Numbered from the stretch's first letter, positions 1-14,832 are shown. The stretch is 64,000 bases of DNA from Tubulanus polymorphus (GCF_964204645.1 NC_134028.1:18297653-18361652); one strand, 5' to 3'. Program-made: numbers and translations. Notes: generated by a model from the sequence alone, not told the origin.

Positions 1-636
1 TAATATTTTACATAATATTTACGAAAAAGCCATCTTCACCCGTCAAGGGATTCGAACCCACTACGCTAAAGCTGTTCCCCGAACCCCTTGATCTCACGAG
101 TCGTTGGAGTCGTTACTAGCCGACCAGAATCCAGTCGTACCAATCACAGCGCTTGTAACAAACCGACAGTAGACTTCTGTTGGTTTTCCCGTTAAATGGA
201 CCAATCTGCGAACGTTTTACCGAAGAAGGAAGTATTTCGCAAATCGATATATGACGTCATGCGCAACAGCGCTAATGAAATCACGCTTCGTGAGGCCAGG
301 GGGCTGGTGGAAGCGAGTTCGGGAGTGATACTGGACCCCTGGCAAGCGAGGATGCGAAAAAGCCAGCATTGATGACAGGTGCCTGGATGTCCCATGTGGA
401 TGTACAGCCTTTATGGCTTTGTCCAGGTTCCTGTTATCTTCAAAACAGCATGATACCACCCCCCCCCCCTCTGTGAAATAACGTTTTTCATGACGTATAA
501 GCATAATGGATCTTTCAATTATTGGTTCAACATAGTATGAAGTCTTTGGTCTATATCCGATTCCATCCCAAATCTACCCTTAGTTATCCCTCTCCATCAC
601 GCTTTGCTTTGCTTTGAGCAATAGTGGTGCACTTAA

Positions 637-1415
637 CCCTTTCAATACCACATAGTGTCTCCGCTGCTGTACCGGAGGGAATTTAGGGGTTTATAGGGGT
701 ATATTTTGATGCTAGGGGTATATTTGAGGCTTCATACACAGAAAAATTATATAGCATGTTGTTGATAACTTTTGGGCCAACAATGTAGACATCAATAATT
801 TGGATATAAGCAAACTTGAGGTAAAGGTCACATACTCAAAGATGGCCGCCATGAAAAAAATTCAAGAAAAAGTTTCAGATAAACTGCTCTGTCTCCCAGG
901 AAAATGAACTGATCTATTCAATTTCAACTGTATGTCAAAGCAATAGAACAACAATTAATCTATTTTTCCACTCATTTACCCACTTTTCCACCGACATATC
1001 TGAAGGCCGGATGTAAGTGGTTTCATTGGGGTATAATTTCAGGCCTCAGAAAATTGTTACCTATGTATTTGACACTGATATACTATATACCATGGTGTTG
1101 ATAACCTTTGGGCTTACAAATAAGGCACATAATTTGGATATATGTGACCTTGAGGTAGACAGTTTCTGGTTCTTCATTATTGTTATTGGTGTCCGTTGCC
1201 ATGACAACTGGATCAGGGTCTAAAAAAATTGTCACTGATTGTTTTTTCCTGGCTGCTACCATCTTGGATTCTATGCAGATGGCAGCACCGGCTGATACTG
1301 ATAGGTGATAGATATGCCCTTCTAGAAGAAGGGTTAGGCGATACTATATCACATACAGTACGGGTATGCTAGCTTGCCAATTTGTACCGTATGCCATACG
1401 GTAGTGGTATAAGGG
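637..1415. mobile_element. piggyBac-like non-autonomous element
   Basis: TTAA at 633-636 and 1416-1419. Ends CCCTTTCAATACCAC / GTGGTATAAGGG form an imperfect inverted repeat. Internal duplicated block (~755-830 vs ~1090-1160); no ORF. Confidence 0.5.
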
Positions 1416-2306
1416 TTAACACCTTGATTTGACAAAGCATTTGTTTTGTGAAATTTAGAATGTGGACATAAATAATGACTAGATGACATTATCATTTAAG
1501 CAGGCAAGCAATATTATTAATTATGTGCTATTGAATTGTTTGATGCTGGGGCACAATTAACTTCCCTTTTAATTAATTTGATAAATTGGAGATAATGCGC
1601 CAGGGATTTGGCTTGATTGAGATAACAAGAATATTTCTGAAAGGTGTTGATGTTTCTAGCCCCAAAATGCATGTTTGAAAGTAACTTTCCTGTACAATGG
1701 TTCCCAGTAAGACATCTAGCTTCATTGTATGTGAATGATAGTATTCTTATTGTAGATATTGTACCACCTGAAGATTTGACACGTATAACTAAAACTGCTT
1801 CTCCGGTTGCCAGATCTGAGGATGTTCATCTACATGTCAAGTAAGCTAAACTTTATGATAAACTATGCATAAGTTGGATGTATTAGGAAGGGAAGATTTT
1901 GTCCAACTTCCATAGGATTTATAAGATTATCTGTAGTATGAATCCAAGACAATTAAGAAGTAGCATTTAACAGTCAAACTTAATTGTTATGAATTGTTGG
2001 AAACAATGCATAAAATGTTTTTCTTTATATTCTGGCCAAAATCCTATGCTTTTAACTCACATTTTATCACAGAATAATCAACAGATATACATTGATATGT
2101 CATGATTATTCTTCTATATGGGTATATCGAACCGTCATATATGAAACAACTGGAAATTGTAAAAGGAGCACAAACTTTGCCATGCACATGTACATCCCTC
2201 ATGAAACAGTTTCTTGCTTACCAGTCATTATTATCGCCAGACAAGTAGGTCAACTTTCACAGGAACAGGAGACACATTTTTCTTGCCTCATTTTTTGGCA
2301 TCGTCC

Positions 2307-3576
2307 TTTTTTAGCCCACTTCGGACTTTAGTCCCAGCGGGCTATTGCGTTCACTTTTCGTCCGTCGTCCATCCGTCCGTCCGTCCATAGACGGAATCCA
2401 GTAATTTTGGGAAGTTTTGAAGACGCTTCAAGGTAATGTCTTGATATTTGGGTTACACATGTATCTCCTCTAGACACATCTTCAGCCCAAAAACTGGCCG
2501 TGTCAGAATCAAGATGGCCAACTAGCAGCCATTGTTGTTCGCCAAAATCAGCACTTTTTACACATTTTTGAACTTTTTGAGGGAAATTTTGAAGACGCTT
2601 TGATCAATTACCTTGGTCATTCGGATATATGTGAATCCCCCCAAGGCCCATCAACATAACAAAAATTGGGTCGGTCCGACTCAAGATGGCCGTCCTATGA
2701 CCTTTTTAGTGCCCAAAAATGTTAATGTTGGCCCGAATTCAGAGTCCTGTTGCTTCCTACTGGTTTGCCATTTCTCATTGCAATTTGTGATGGGTATTCT
2801 ATGGAAAGGGATGTTTTATACCTGAGACAGGTATTTTTCATCAGCCAATTATGACGCAATTGGCGGCCATCTTTGTGTCACCAGTACTCATTCGTAAGTG
2901 GGAAAAAGTTTTTCCACATTATATTGATACCCAAGCATATTTTGCTACCACAATCAATTAGAAAGTTGTAGCTAATAACGTGTTCTATGATTGTGGTGAG
3001 TTTCAAGGTAATTGGATTTCGTATATGGCCACCAGGGGGCGTTGAATATATCTTAGAATTTCTTTATTATATTCGTACCTATGCATATTTTGTAACCACA
3101 ATCAATTTCAAAGTTGTAGCTCATGACATCATCTATGATTGTTGCGAGTTTTAAGGACATTAGTTTTTCTATATGGTCACCAGGGGCGTTGAACAGTAGA
3201 ATAACTTATTATTCCTCCTTATTATTTTGGTACCTAGGCATATTTTGTTACCATGATCAATTGCAAAGTTGTAGTTCATGACATGTTCTATGATTGTGGT
3301 GAGTTTCGAGGTCATTGGGTTTTGAATATGGTCACCAGGGGGCGTTGAATAGTAGAATGACTTAGTATTTCCATATTCAATTGGTAACGAGGCATATTTT
3401 GTTATCACAATCAATTACAAAATCGTAGCTGCTGACATGTTCTATGATTGTGGTGAGTTTCAAGGTCGTTGCTTTTTGTAAATGGTCACCAGGGGGCGTT
3501 GAATATTGAAATTGTTAGATTGTTGAGCATTTGAAACCACTTCCCAAGTGGGCATGGTGTCCCTGGACCCCTAGTT
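2307..3576 (+). mobile_element. Helentron/HINE-like non-autonomous repeat, copy 1
   Basis: T-run start, subterminal inverted pair GCCCACTT/AAGTGGGC, (GTCC)n microsatellite, ~5 tandem ~120-bp units containing TATGGTCACCAGGGGGCGTTGAA, 3' stem-loop then CTAGTT. Near-identical copy at 6919-8097. Confidence 0.65.
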
Positions 3577-6024
3577 TGTCTTGAGTTATCATTAATACCC
3601 TCTTAAAATAGTGTTTGCAGGATATTGGCTTAGTCTGTAAGGAAAGAAACCTTGTTTTCCAGCATTGAATGTCGTCTAGGAATTCGTGAAAATTGAAAAG
3701 GCCACACAAAGAAATACGCTAGTTTCTTATCAGATTTTTTTCTGGAAAGTTATGAGGGCGGGCAAATTTTAATAGGGTTTGCTGACATTTGTCGAAAAGC
3801 TTCTTGTAATTCTGCTGATTATTATTTCTTTTCCACTTTCTAGCCAGAAAAATTTCATAAAATATTTCTTCTCTCAGATGCGACTACTAATCGGCAATAG
3901 GCGCTCTAATCAATGTATTGATGTTATAGCACACTGGAAGCGTTGGCTGGAATTTTTTGAAATGTATTCGTCGAATTAATCTCACAACAAATACACAGAG
4001 ACCTTATTAGATAAAGGATCTACCATTCGTTAATTTATAATCCTTAAATTTCTAATTTTACCCGACGACCTTAAGAACGGTCTCTGTGTAAGTCAAAAAG
4101 AGGATTGCTCTGACAATAACCAAATAAGGGAAATCCAAATCAGCTCTGTTTACTTACGGCTACTGAACGCATTCAACAAAGTGAGACCATTCTCAAAACA
4201 AAGATAAGAATTCGTTGAATGCAGCGACGAAAATGCCGGTACCGACTAAAATAGATTGGTCGTCCTGCAAACTCTACCCGATAAGAGAATGAAATAACGT
4301 AAAACCGACCAGAATGCCGATTTGGATATGTCATTTAAATTCACCCTCGCAACAGTGAAAACCATCGTTTTTATGCTGATTTAAGATGGATTTCGACCAA
4401 ATCTAAGAACGATATCTGAACTTACAAGTCAGAAAACCCGTTATCGCTGCTTTGCAGCTATATTTTTTATTAGCGAACCATAGGTTTGTCTATGCAAACG
4501 GTCTGGTGAAGCAGTTTTCATTGAAAATGAATAGAGTACCGGTGTGTCAAAAAGGTACAAACATTGGCTATTGAACCAAGTGTTGAATTTTGGTGTAATG
4601 GTTTGGCTTGATGAGTTCTCGAGCCGACAAAAATTACATTGTGATCGAGTTATTTTTAGGGGACTTATTCTTGAAAAACCCTGCTTTTTTGCACTAAGTA
4701 ATGGCACGTTTTTACATATGACAAATTGCATACTTGGAATTGAAATATATAAAAGTTCAATCCATCCTGACAGTGTCTGTTTTTTGTGCGACTCATCTTG
4801 ATGTACTTTTTGACCTACAGTCCCTCACTTTATAAACCCCCTAAATTTTCTTGCATCTATTTATCTGAGTTGACCTCATAACCTGAGCTACAATCAATGT
4901 GATTGGCTGTTTGTGGGATATACCGGAAATTCCGGGAATTTCAGTGCTTCTGATGTAATTGGGATAGCCCATTGGGAAAACCCAATGTGGAACCCAGAAC
5001 AAAATGGTGAGCATTTCATTCGACTAGGTATCTTATGTTCGTAGGTAAAATTGTGAGCGGTGATAAATTAATAATGGACGAAATATAGACAGTTATTCAT
5101 CTAATCAACAGTCAGTTTTTTCAACACTGATTTAGAGGTGGGAGCTAGTCTAGACAATTAGACCCTTATACATCGCTATCGTACTACAGACATCCATGCT
5201 AACTTGTTAACAATTTACAACTCGGATTTCAGACCCAACTGGCATTACAATTGTGATAAATAGCTAATAGGAATTGATAGGATGATAGAAAATAAGGTCA
5301 ATTAAGTGGCATCAATAAAAAATTTTTGGGGTTTATACAAATATGCTTATTTTTTAAGCCAAGGGCCTGAATCATTGTCCAGGGGGGCTCAGGGGTACAA
5401 AATGAGGCCACACGAATGCACATTCAATCCATTAAGGCTTATCCTGCAGCAGAATGCATAAATTCTTTGTTCCTGCAATCATTCACACCATTTAAGACCA
5501 TGATTGTCTTACATAGGGCTATTCGGGAGATATTATCATGGATACAAGGAGCCACATTTCCACATCCAGATTGTGGAACAGTTGTCTCTCCCACATCAGT
5601 CTTATTTTGTGAAACACTGCAATGTCACACCTCGCAATTGCATTTAGAGGCCACTAATGGTACATGCACAAGGCAATTCTCATTGGATATCCAAACCCCA
5701 TGACAAGCAAAATATATCCGTTGTTATGCTAATAATTAATGCTACTCTTTCCGCAGGTGTTTAGAATTAAATGTAGAAAAAGTAGATAAGTCAAGTATTG
5801 CCTATTTTTCATTTTAGGAAAGACATTAAGCCATCAGGTTATACCACAGCCACAACTAAAATGGAGATTTCTAAGAAGAGCATCCCCAGAACAGAGTTAT
5901 GATTACTCCGTCTGGTATCGCTTACGCACCAACGTCTATTATGCCTTCCGTTCACTGACAAGTACAGACAACTATTATGGAGTACATTTTCACCTTACAT
6001 TTTATAGAATGCCTTTTACCTTTT

Positions 6025-6635
6025 TTGCGTTCACTTGAATCCAGTTATTTTTGGAAGTTTTAAAGACGCTTCAATGGATTGTCTTGTTCTTTGGTTTATA
6101 GACATTGTTATTTTTCATAAACCAGAACTTTTTACACTTTTTTTAAGTTTTGAAGGGAAATTTTAATCAATTATCTTCATTTTTACCCATGTTTGTATCC
6201 CTATGGTTCATCAGCATAACAAAAATTGGGTCAATCGGATGCAAGATGGCAAAATTACCTTTTCGTACCCAATTTGCTGATACATATGTTCTGCCCAAAA
6301 ACTGGTATCCATTGTTTTTTTCAAAAATAAGCACTTTTTACACATTTTTGAAGTTTTCAAGGGAAATTATGATCAATTATCTTCATCTTTCCCATGTTTG
6401 TATCCCTATGGTATGGTTCATCAGCATTACAAAAATTGGGTCAATCGGTTGCAAGATGGCAAAATGACCTTTTTGAACCCAAAAAGGTGACTCTTGCCCT
6501 AAATTCCTGGATGGATGGCTATTTTTCATTGAAATTCATGATGATTATGACTTTTAGAAGGACCCTTTATTATATCAGTCATATTGTTTGATCAGCCAAG
6601 TTTGACGCAATCGGGGTAGCCCAATCTTTGTGTCA
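6025..6635 (+). repeat. degenerate fragment of the same Helentron-like family
   Basis: Shares GCGTTCACTT, GACGCTTCAA, AAAAATTGGGTC..CAAGATGGC and CAGCCAA..TGACGCAAT blocks with 2307-3576. Further fragments near 14420-14530 and 37820-38070. Confidence 0.5.
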
Positions 6636-6918
6636 TTGTTTATTTGTTGATAGAAAAAGGTTTTTTTTTAGAAAAATATTGACAGTCGATATTGTATCAC
6701 TGTTGTAGTATTCATCTCCTCAGGAGGCGCTGAAAAGGTTTTATTGGGGAAAATGTAACAGTCTAATCAATTAGTCTTGACAATTGTTAGCATTGTCTTA
6801 GGACACATCTCATTTGGAATTGGGGCTACTCAGTTTAACCAATTAGCACTCAAGAATTTTACTACAGTAGACTCCTGTTGCCTCGAGCCGACCACCTCGG
6901 ATCAAAGATTACTATCCT

Positions 6919-8097
6919 ACTTTAGTCCCAGCGGGCTATTGCGTTCACTTTTCGTCCGTCCGTAGACGGAATCCAGATATTTTGGGAAGTTTTGAAGACG
7001 CTTCAAGGTTATGTCTTGATATTTGTTGTATACATTATCTGCCCTAGACACATCTTCAGCCCTAAAACTGGCCCTGTCAGAATCAAGATGGCCGACTGGC
7101 AGCCATTGTTGTTCGCCAAAATCAGCACTTTTTACACATTTTTAGGGAAATTTTGAAGATGCTTTGATCAATTACCTTGATCTTTCGTTTATATTTGACT
7201 CTACCAAAGGCCCATCAGCATAAAAAAAATTGGGTTGATCGGACTCGAGATGGCCGTCCTATGACCTTTTTAGTTCCCAGAAATGTCAATTTTGGCCGGA
7301 ATTCTGGGTCCTGTAGCTTCCTACTGGTTTGCCATTTCTCATTGCAATTCGTGATGGGTATTCTTTGGAAGGGGATGTTTTATACCTGAGACAGGTATTT
7401 TTGATAAGCCAATTATGACGCAATTGGCGGGCCGTCTTGGTGTCATCAGTACTCATTCGTAGGTGGGGAAAAATTTTTCCACATTAAGTTGATACATAAG
7501 CATATTGTGTTGATATAATCCATTGGAAAGTTGTAGCCCATAACGTGTTCTATGATTTTCATGAGTTTCAAGGTCATTGGTTTTTGTATATGGCTACCAG
7601 GTGGTGTTGAATAATACAATAACTTAGTATTTCTATGTTATATTTGTACCTATGCATATTTTGTTACCTCAATCAATTGCAAAGTTGTAGCTCATGACAT
7701 CTTCCTATATTTTTGTGAGTTTTAAGGACGTAAGTTATTCTATATGGTCACCAGGGGGCGTTGAAGAGTAGAATAACTTAGTATTTCCTTATTATATTGG
7801 TACCTAGGCATTTTTTGCTACCATGATCAATTGCAAAGTTGCAGTGAGTTTCAAGGTCATTAGGTTATGCATATGGTCACCAGAGGGCGTCGAATAGCAG
7901 ATTAACTTAGTAGTTCCATATTAAATTGGTAACGAGGCATATTTTGTTATCACAATCAATTACAAAATTGTAGCTGCTGACACGTTCCATGATTGTGGTG
8001 GGTTTCAAGGTCATTGATTTTTGTATATGGTCACCAGGGGGCGTTATATATTGAAATCCACTTCCCAAGTGGGCATGGTGTCCCTGGACCCCTAGTT
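6919..8097 (+). mobile_element. Helentron/HINE-like repeat, copy 2, nested in the Tigger 5' end
   Basis: Colinear with 2307-3576 from ACTTTAGTCCCAGCGGG to CCCAAGTGGGCATGGTGTCCCTGGACCCCTAGTT. Confidence 0.65.
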
Positions 8098-8366
8098 CTG
8101 TAACGCATTCTCAATTATAATATATATATATATATTATAATATTGGCTTGGAGCCACTCAGGTCGGATTATCGTTGAACAGAGTTTTTACTGGAACAAAC
8201 AATCTTTTTATCGCCCACCTCGGACACTGAGAGCGCTTCGTAAATTTGTTTGTTTTCTTATGGATCCTTCCATGTACATGTATTTATTTCCGACAGTAAC
8301 CTGACCTATATTCTACAGAATTATTTTCATTCATACACATAGTACTCATTCATTCATCTATTCACC

Positions 8367-10365
8367 ATGAAGCGGAAACTGAAGGCACATAGCGTTGAAA
8401 AAAAAATAGAAGTGATCGAATTCTATGAGAGGAATTTGTCCATGAAAAGGAGAGACATTGCTGCAGAATTTGATGTGAACTCTAATACTTTGTCAGATTG
8501 GATAACCAACAAAGAGAAAATAAAAAAAATGAAAGTCGGACACTAAGCACATAAAATCTAAGACACGTGAGGGAACACTGAAATTTGATGACGTTGATGC
8601 TGCGCTTTATTTTGTGGTTCAGAGAAGCTATATCAAATCCAGAAATAACTATAAATGGTGAATGCTTGAGATTAAAAGCAATTTATTTTGCGAAGGAATT
8701 TGGCTACGGGGATGAAGTAACCATCTCTGCTTCTTGGATTGAACGTTTTTCGAAAAGATACAGTATCAGTAAAGTACAAAAATGTGGCGATGCGGGTGGA
8801 GTCCGAGCGGAAATCGTCGATGAATGGTTACACGGAGGGCTGCTTGAAATTCTGGAAGACTATGCTCCTGTCATATATATAATCTACATGAGACTGGGCT
8901 GTTTTGGCAGATGCTGCCAGAACATTCATTGGGTTTTACAGTGAGTGAAGTACCATGGAGCGAAGAAACCGAAAACTAGGATTTCCCTTCTTGTCGGGAC
9001 TAATATGGACGGCACAGATAAACTTCCTGTCTTTTCAATTGGAAAATATAATAATCCAAGAGCGTTAAAAACGTTAGAAAACTGCTGCTGGAATATAAAA
9101 ACAATGAGAAAGCATGGATGACAGGTGATCTCTTTGTTGGATATATTAAGACACTAAACCGCAGGTTTCGTCGAGAAGACCGGCAAGTGGCAATAGTACT
9201 GGATAATTGTACTGGTCATCCGCCTGATCATTTGGACGAGTTTTCTAATATGCAAGTCTTTTTTACCCGCTAATACAACAACAAAGTTGCAGCCAATTGA
9301 CGCCAGCATCATAGAAAATTTAATAGTGTATTACAGGCATAGACTTTGTGAAAAAAGACTTGCTTGTTACGAAGAGAAGACAGAATTTGTGTGGAATCTA
9401 CTGGATGCAATGTATGCTGCGAAACAAGCCTGGGCCAAGGTGACACCTAAAACGATCAAAAACTGCTACGTCTCTGCAGGATTTGCTCCTTTACATGGTT
9501 TCCAAAATAAAACCAACGATGATCAACAAGCAGCAGACAGACAGTGCCGAAACCTCTGGGATGAATTTGCTGCTAGCCTGGATGAGACCGCAAACGAATC
9601 ACCTGCTGCGACCAATAATACCAGAGAGTTCCGAAATATATGGGATAGTCTTGCGCATCATGGTAATTTCCAGGTAGGACCATTTACCGTGTTATCGTAT
9701 CCAACAACCATATTCCGCTACATTTTTACAGAACTTGCATCTGACAATATACATGTAAACACCCCTATTATTTTTCGCGCCATAAAATTTGAAAAAGACT
9801 TAAAATGTACTCGTCCACGTAGAGAGTGGGTGACTTTATAATGTAAACATCGGTAGAGTAGGTGTAGCAATTCATATAAAATATAAAAACGCGCCGCTCC
9901 ACTGCATTAGTTTGACAGGGATCTGTCATTAGTTATCAGTTATACCATGGTGTCTAAAACGATTCTTCGTTTCAGAGTCCGTGGTTATAAACACATTTTC
10001 ATTACTTCTTCTGCTCTTTCTTTTCAGGATTTATCTATGGAAGATTATTTCTGTGTTGAGAGCCGGGTAGATGAAGTTGGATCTCGACGTTTGATTGACG
10101 AAAAAATAGTTAGACAGCTGATAGCCGACACAGCGTCGGTCTCAGAAGTTTGCGGCGGTGATGATAATGATGACAATGACCCAAGTCCTAAAAAATATCC
10201 AGAAGGGAGGCAATGGATGCCGTTGAGAAATTGAAGATTTTCATATCTCAAAATTCAGAGGAGGACCAACACTTCAGTTTCTAGGATAAAATTAACGATT
10301 TTATATTTTTAAAAAGTGATGCCATGAAACAATCATCTATTACATCGTTCTTTGTGAAAAACTAA
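8367..10365 (+). pseudogene. Tigger/pogo transposase (CENP-B-type HTH + DDE), frameshifted, one predicted intron 9674-10027
   Basis: MKRKLKAHSVEKKIEVI N-terminus, ASWIERFSKRY, GTNMDGTDKLP, KAWMT, LDNCTGH, QPIDASII, C-terminal PIP-box-like KQSSITSFF. Confidence 0.85.
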
Positions 10366-11651
10366 TGGCTAGATATGTGAGTTTTGTGAGAGTGTAATTT
10401 TTTTGTGAATTTTATATGGAATAAATTTTTTTTGGTAGTTATTACTTTATTGATGAACAAGTCAAACCCCCTACTAGTAAGGCTAGTGGACCAGCCCAGA
10501 CATGTGGCATAATATAGTCTGTTTTCTAGCGCTTGATACATCTATCGAATTAAATGTCCTTATCAAGAATAAGAAAAGAAATCTGTTAGTTAAAATTCCG
10601 TTCATCGACGATAAAAAAAATCCCAATAATCATTCAAACACAGGACAGGTAATTTAGTGTATTAAGCCTTTTAACACTTTTCTTTAAAATACCTTTTTTA
10701 TTATGGTGAACATCGACGTGGTCGGACATCGTTCACCTCGGATGATTTCCTACGGTCCCCAGAGATCCGAGGTAACCGGAGTCTACTGTATATAGTGTCA
10801 ATTACTCCTCAGAAAAGGGAAAATCCAACTTCATCACGATACCGAATAGCTCATTTGCCATTTATTGCCATGCATTACAAGTTTGTGTTATTTTCTAGTA
10901 AATAGTCAAGGCTTTCATATGATGTAAGATTTGATGAAGTGGGCGACCAAAATCATTTTGACCCCCAAAATTCATCCACACGTACTTGGATTTGAAGTGA
11001 AACCTCAGATCTGTCAAGTTCATACTCAAAATACTCGAGAAATTGATATAGGAGGATGTAGATTTCTGTTCGGTATTTCGAGGACTAAGGTGTCTAGTTT
11101 ATTAGGTTTCTAGCTATTGGGTTCGAATCCCACTATAACCGCTTTTGTGCAGCATGCGGAAAAATACGGGGCAGATTCGGGCGGCTTGAGTGCTAATTGG
11201 AGATATATGTGGGTACCTCAACATATTTTGTAACCACAATCACTTTCAAATTTAAGTTCATGACAAAGTTCTTTCATTGTATGTAGTTCAAATGGGCATG
11301 ATTTCCCTGAACCCCCATTAATGGTGTATATAATATATTATTTGTCCTTTTACGATAAAAAACATCCGTAGATAACCAAGATGTTTATATCATTTTGCAG
11401 TGTAGGTCTACGCTTACAACCTCGGTTAAATGAGTTAATACCATAATAACCATATTGAATCTGATGATTTTTGCTGCAGTTTGACTGGGAAATGTACTGA
11501 ATACTGAAAATCTAACCATGATACTAAAGGTGGTTACATTCGAATTCTAAAACTTGTGGAAAATAGCATATATTTTATTCCAATGCATATTTAAATGTAT
11601 ACATACGTATTTTGTTCTGTTTTACACAGAATTCTTTAGTTGTTTTTATAT

Positions 11652-11797
<146 letters not shown>

Positions 11798-13037
11798 AAT
11801 GCTTACATAGATTAAACTTCCAGATTACCGGTTGACAAAAGAGTTAATCAATTGTTTTCCATATATGTGCCTACGATTGTTATTAGTAAAACAATAAAAC
11901 TGTGATAAACTGTAGTAGTTCATCTGTTGTTGTTTTTGTTCATTTCAAGTATATTATTTTCATCAACTATTATATGGATTATGAGGAATTTTGTAGCTGA
12001 TCGGAAGTTTCACTTCACCACCTGCTTATTTACCATGTCCGCTAATGATCAAATTCGATTTTTTTAAGGCACCGTTTTGAATAGTAAGCAAGGGGCGCCC
12101 GTGGTCTGGGGGAGGGCACTATACACGCAGGGAGATAGAAGAAAGGGACACTTGCGGAAATTTTAACTGAAGGGGCACGCTGACATTGTTTCGCCTATTA
12201 TCAGAGAGTATTGGAGCACTTTTGATTTGGAATAGGACACATGACATAAAGGTGGAGACTTCTTACACTGAAGGGACACTAGCCCCATAAGATTATCGAG
12301 GCTCTTTTTCAAGATAAAGCGGTGAACTGGGAATTTTTGCAGCTTCATTTTTCATCTGCATCTCCTGAAATCTTGTCTTGGTTTTGGTTTAGTTTCAATG
12401 ATTGCTCTGTAGTCTCTAGATGACCTCTAAAAGCCATAAAATGGTAACTAATTTTCAAAAATTTATGCTCACTTAGGCTAGGATAAGCTAGGATAATGTG
12501 TAAACAGGACTCTCTCCTTCTAGAGATATATAAAAAAACCAGAGCAAAGGTCAGCATGCAGAACAACTTCCTCCACCACTATGCGACTCAGCTGCTGAAT
12601 ACGCTTGGCCAGCATAGGATTGTGGCAAGCCAAGATAGACCAAGTGCTGAACACATCATGTCGAATGATCACAGTATACATGAAGCCAACAAACATGGAC
12701 AGCCTCTATATCCTGTCAGGCATAGTATAGCACTACTAGATGTCAGGAGAGCAGAAACTAGCAAGAGTGAACGGCAATCACAAGTTACCGACGTCATCCA
12801 CTGTTTAATATGTGCGCCTGAAGTCCAGGAATAGTTTCCTCATTGAAGTTGAGTCTGCCACTGCTTGTACCAGCTCAAGATGGTAAGAGATGTGGAAAGA
12901 CCGAACCACCCTACTCACTGTAGAAATCGACATGGGCTTGTCTGTCCAGGAGAATCTCCCCTAGGTGCAAATGCATGCCGCTCTGGGTGGACATGCCTGT
13001 ACCGCCTAAGGACACGAGTTGGCAGATCCAAATACAT

Positions 13038-13841
13038 GGGGCCTCTTTCACAAAGCATAATTAACTTGAATCATAATAAGGACCTTTATTGTGATTAAAT
13101 AAATTCAATTAGTTAATTACAATTAAAATTCGGTTTTACGAAAGGGTTTAATTACAAAATTAACTAATTACATTATTAGCCAACATGATTACAATTTAAC
13201 TGTGATCAAAATGGCGGAACATTTGATAGCCATTTGCTGTTCAAGCATCAGCAACTTAAAGGAAAAGAGTAATGCACTGCTTTTGGGGTTGAGGTTTGCT
13301 CTAAAGTCTCGGGAACAATTTAGCAAGATGTTTCTAAATGAAAACTCATCCAAGTTTACAAAATGGATACTCATAAATGAGGTATATTTCCAAGCAATGA
13401 TACTTTTTAACACTATAACTCTCACAAAAAATCTATCATATCTAGCCCTATGGACAAAATCAATTATTTCAATAATTCTAAGTACAAAGTGGTCGTGTTG
13501 ACATAAACCTTGGGATGTTTAAAAAAAATCAATAAAATTTAGAATATAGACAGCCCATTCTACAAACGGCAAAAGATGAAAATTATTCAGCCAAACAATC
13601 TGAAAAACTGCATTAGTGTAGAAATTGCCTCCGTCAAACACCAAATTACATTGATAATTAACTAATCATGATTAAATGGTTTAATTATACGCTAGAGAAT
13701 TAATTAGCGTTATTAACTCAATTGTAATTAATGTTAAATACGTTTTGTGAAACAACTTACTCGATTTAATCATGATAATTTAATCATGGTTGGTGATTTA
13801 ATCATTATTAAGGGTTAATTACGCTTTGTGAAACTGGCCCC
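13038..13841. mobile_element. PIF/Harbinger-like MITE
   Basis: 28-bp TIRs GGGGCCTCTTTCACAAAGCATAATTAAC / GTTAATTACGCTTTGTGAAACTGGCCCC; AT-rich subterminal repeats; no coding content. Confidence 0.7.
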
Positions 13842-14832
13842 TGATGCTTTTGGGGCCTGGCACCAAGCAACAACTCGTTTGCCTGCAGCTCTCGACCACA
13901 AATGATGCGATATCTTCTCGGGTGCCCTCTGTTAGAAGAACCCTGTTCAAGACCTGGCAGCCTACAACACCAAAGCCAAGCTGTGCGTCCAGCAATGGAG
14001 CTGACACTGAATACACAAATTTCATATTAAATATTTATAAGGGCAAAAGGTAACTGAGCCGTTAAGACATGATAGAAGGCATTTGTCTATACGGATGGAA
14101 TGGCATGGAAATACTGTCAAAATTAAAGTAGCATTTTTGACGCGTCAAATTCACTTTATTCCAAATTTTATCTCATTTCATAATGCGAGATCTATAGAAT
14201 CCAGAGGGTTTGGGTCAAGGTTATGTTGAGGGCTATGTGTTGGTAAATCATTCCAACTGTATTTGGCTGCCTCCGTGGTCTAGCAGTGTCGAGTTAGTGC
14301 TTTCCGCCTGAGTTCGAATACTGTTCTTTTCTCTCTGCTGTATTTTCTCTACAGATTTTTTTTAGTCGTGGGATTCTAATCAGAGCAAATTATGGGCAAA
14401 ATAGTTTTAACATGAATAATGTCCCATCGGTCATGTTCCTGTACCCAAAAACTGACCTGATCAGAATCAACATTGTCGACTTGCGGCCATGATTCTTGCC
14501 GAAATCAGAACTTTTGAAGATGCTTTGATCAATCAATCACTCTTATATTACGAAATGGGAAATGTGTGTTACGAAAGGTGTGTTACCTTGTTTTTGTTCC
14601 CAAAAAGGTCGACTGATTTTGGCTTCACCTTTTGCTCTACGATCCTTATCAGACACTAAGGTTCATGGTGTAATTCATGCCTGAATTCAGAGACCTTCAT
14701 CAATCCCTTGCACGGGTTTGATTCCCTACCGCCAACTGATTCCCTACCGCCAACACAAACCCTTCAATGGTCTATTACCTAGCAATAATACATGCATGAG
14801 TTGTAACTGCTGCCGCGAAACGAAGAGCTTTC

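Larger units (their letters stand above)
6865..10788 (+). mobile_element. Tigger/pogo (Tc1-mariner superfamily) DNA transposon, degenerate
   Basis: TA|CAGTAGACTCCTGTTGCCTCG at 6865 and CGAGGTAACCGGAGTCTACTG|TA ending 10788; contains transposase remnants. Confidence 0.85.

Noticed and set aside
40-70. tRNA B-box-like GGTTCGAATCC (minus strand here; plus strand near 11120)
   Set aside because: No cloverleaf could be built; at most SINE-derived fragments.
2930-3510. Regularly spaced repeats resembling a CRISPR array (also 22719-23071 and 44466-44892)
   Set aside because: Intervening sequences are homologous to each other rather than unique spacers; eukaryotic context; no cas genes.
12345-13037. 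GC-richer, coding-looking stretch
   Set aside because: Stops in the frames examined and no recognisable motif; left unassigned.
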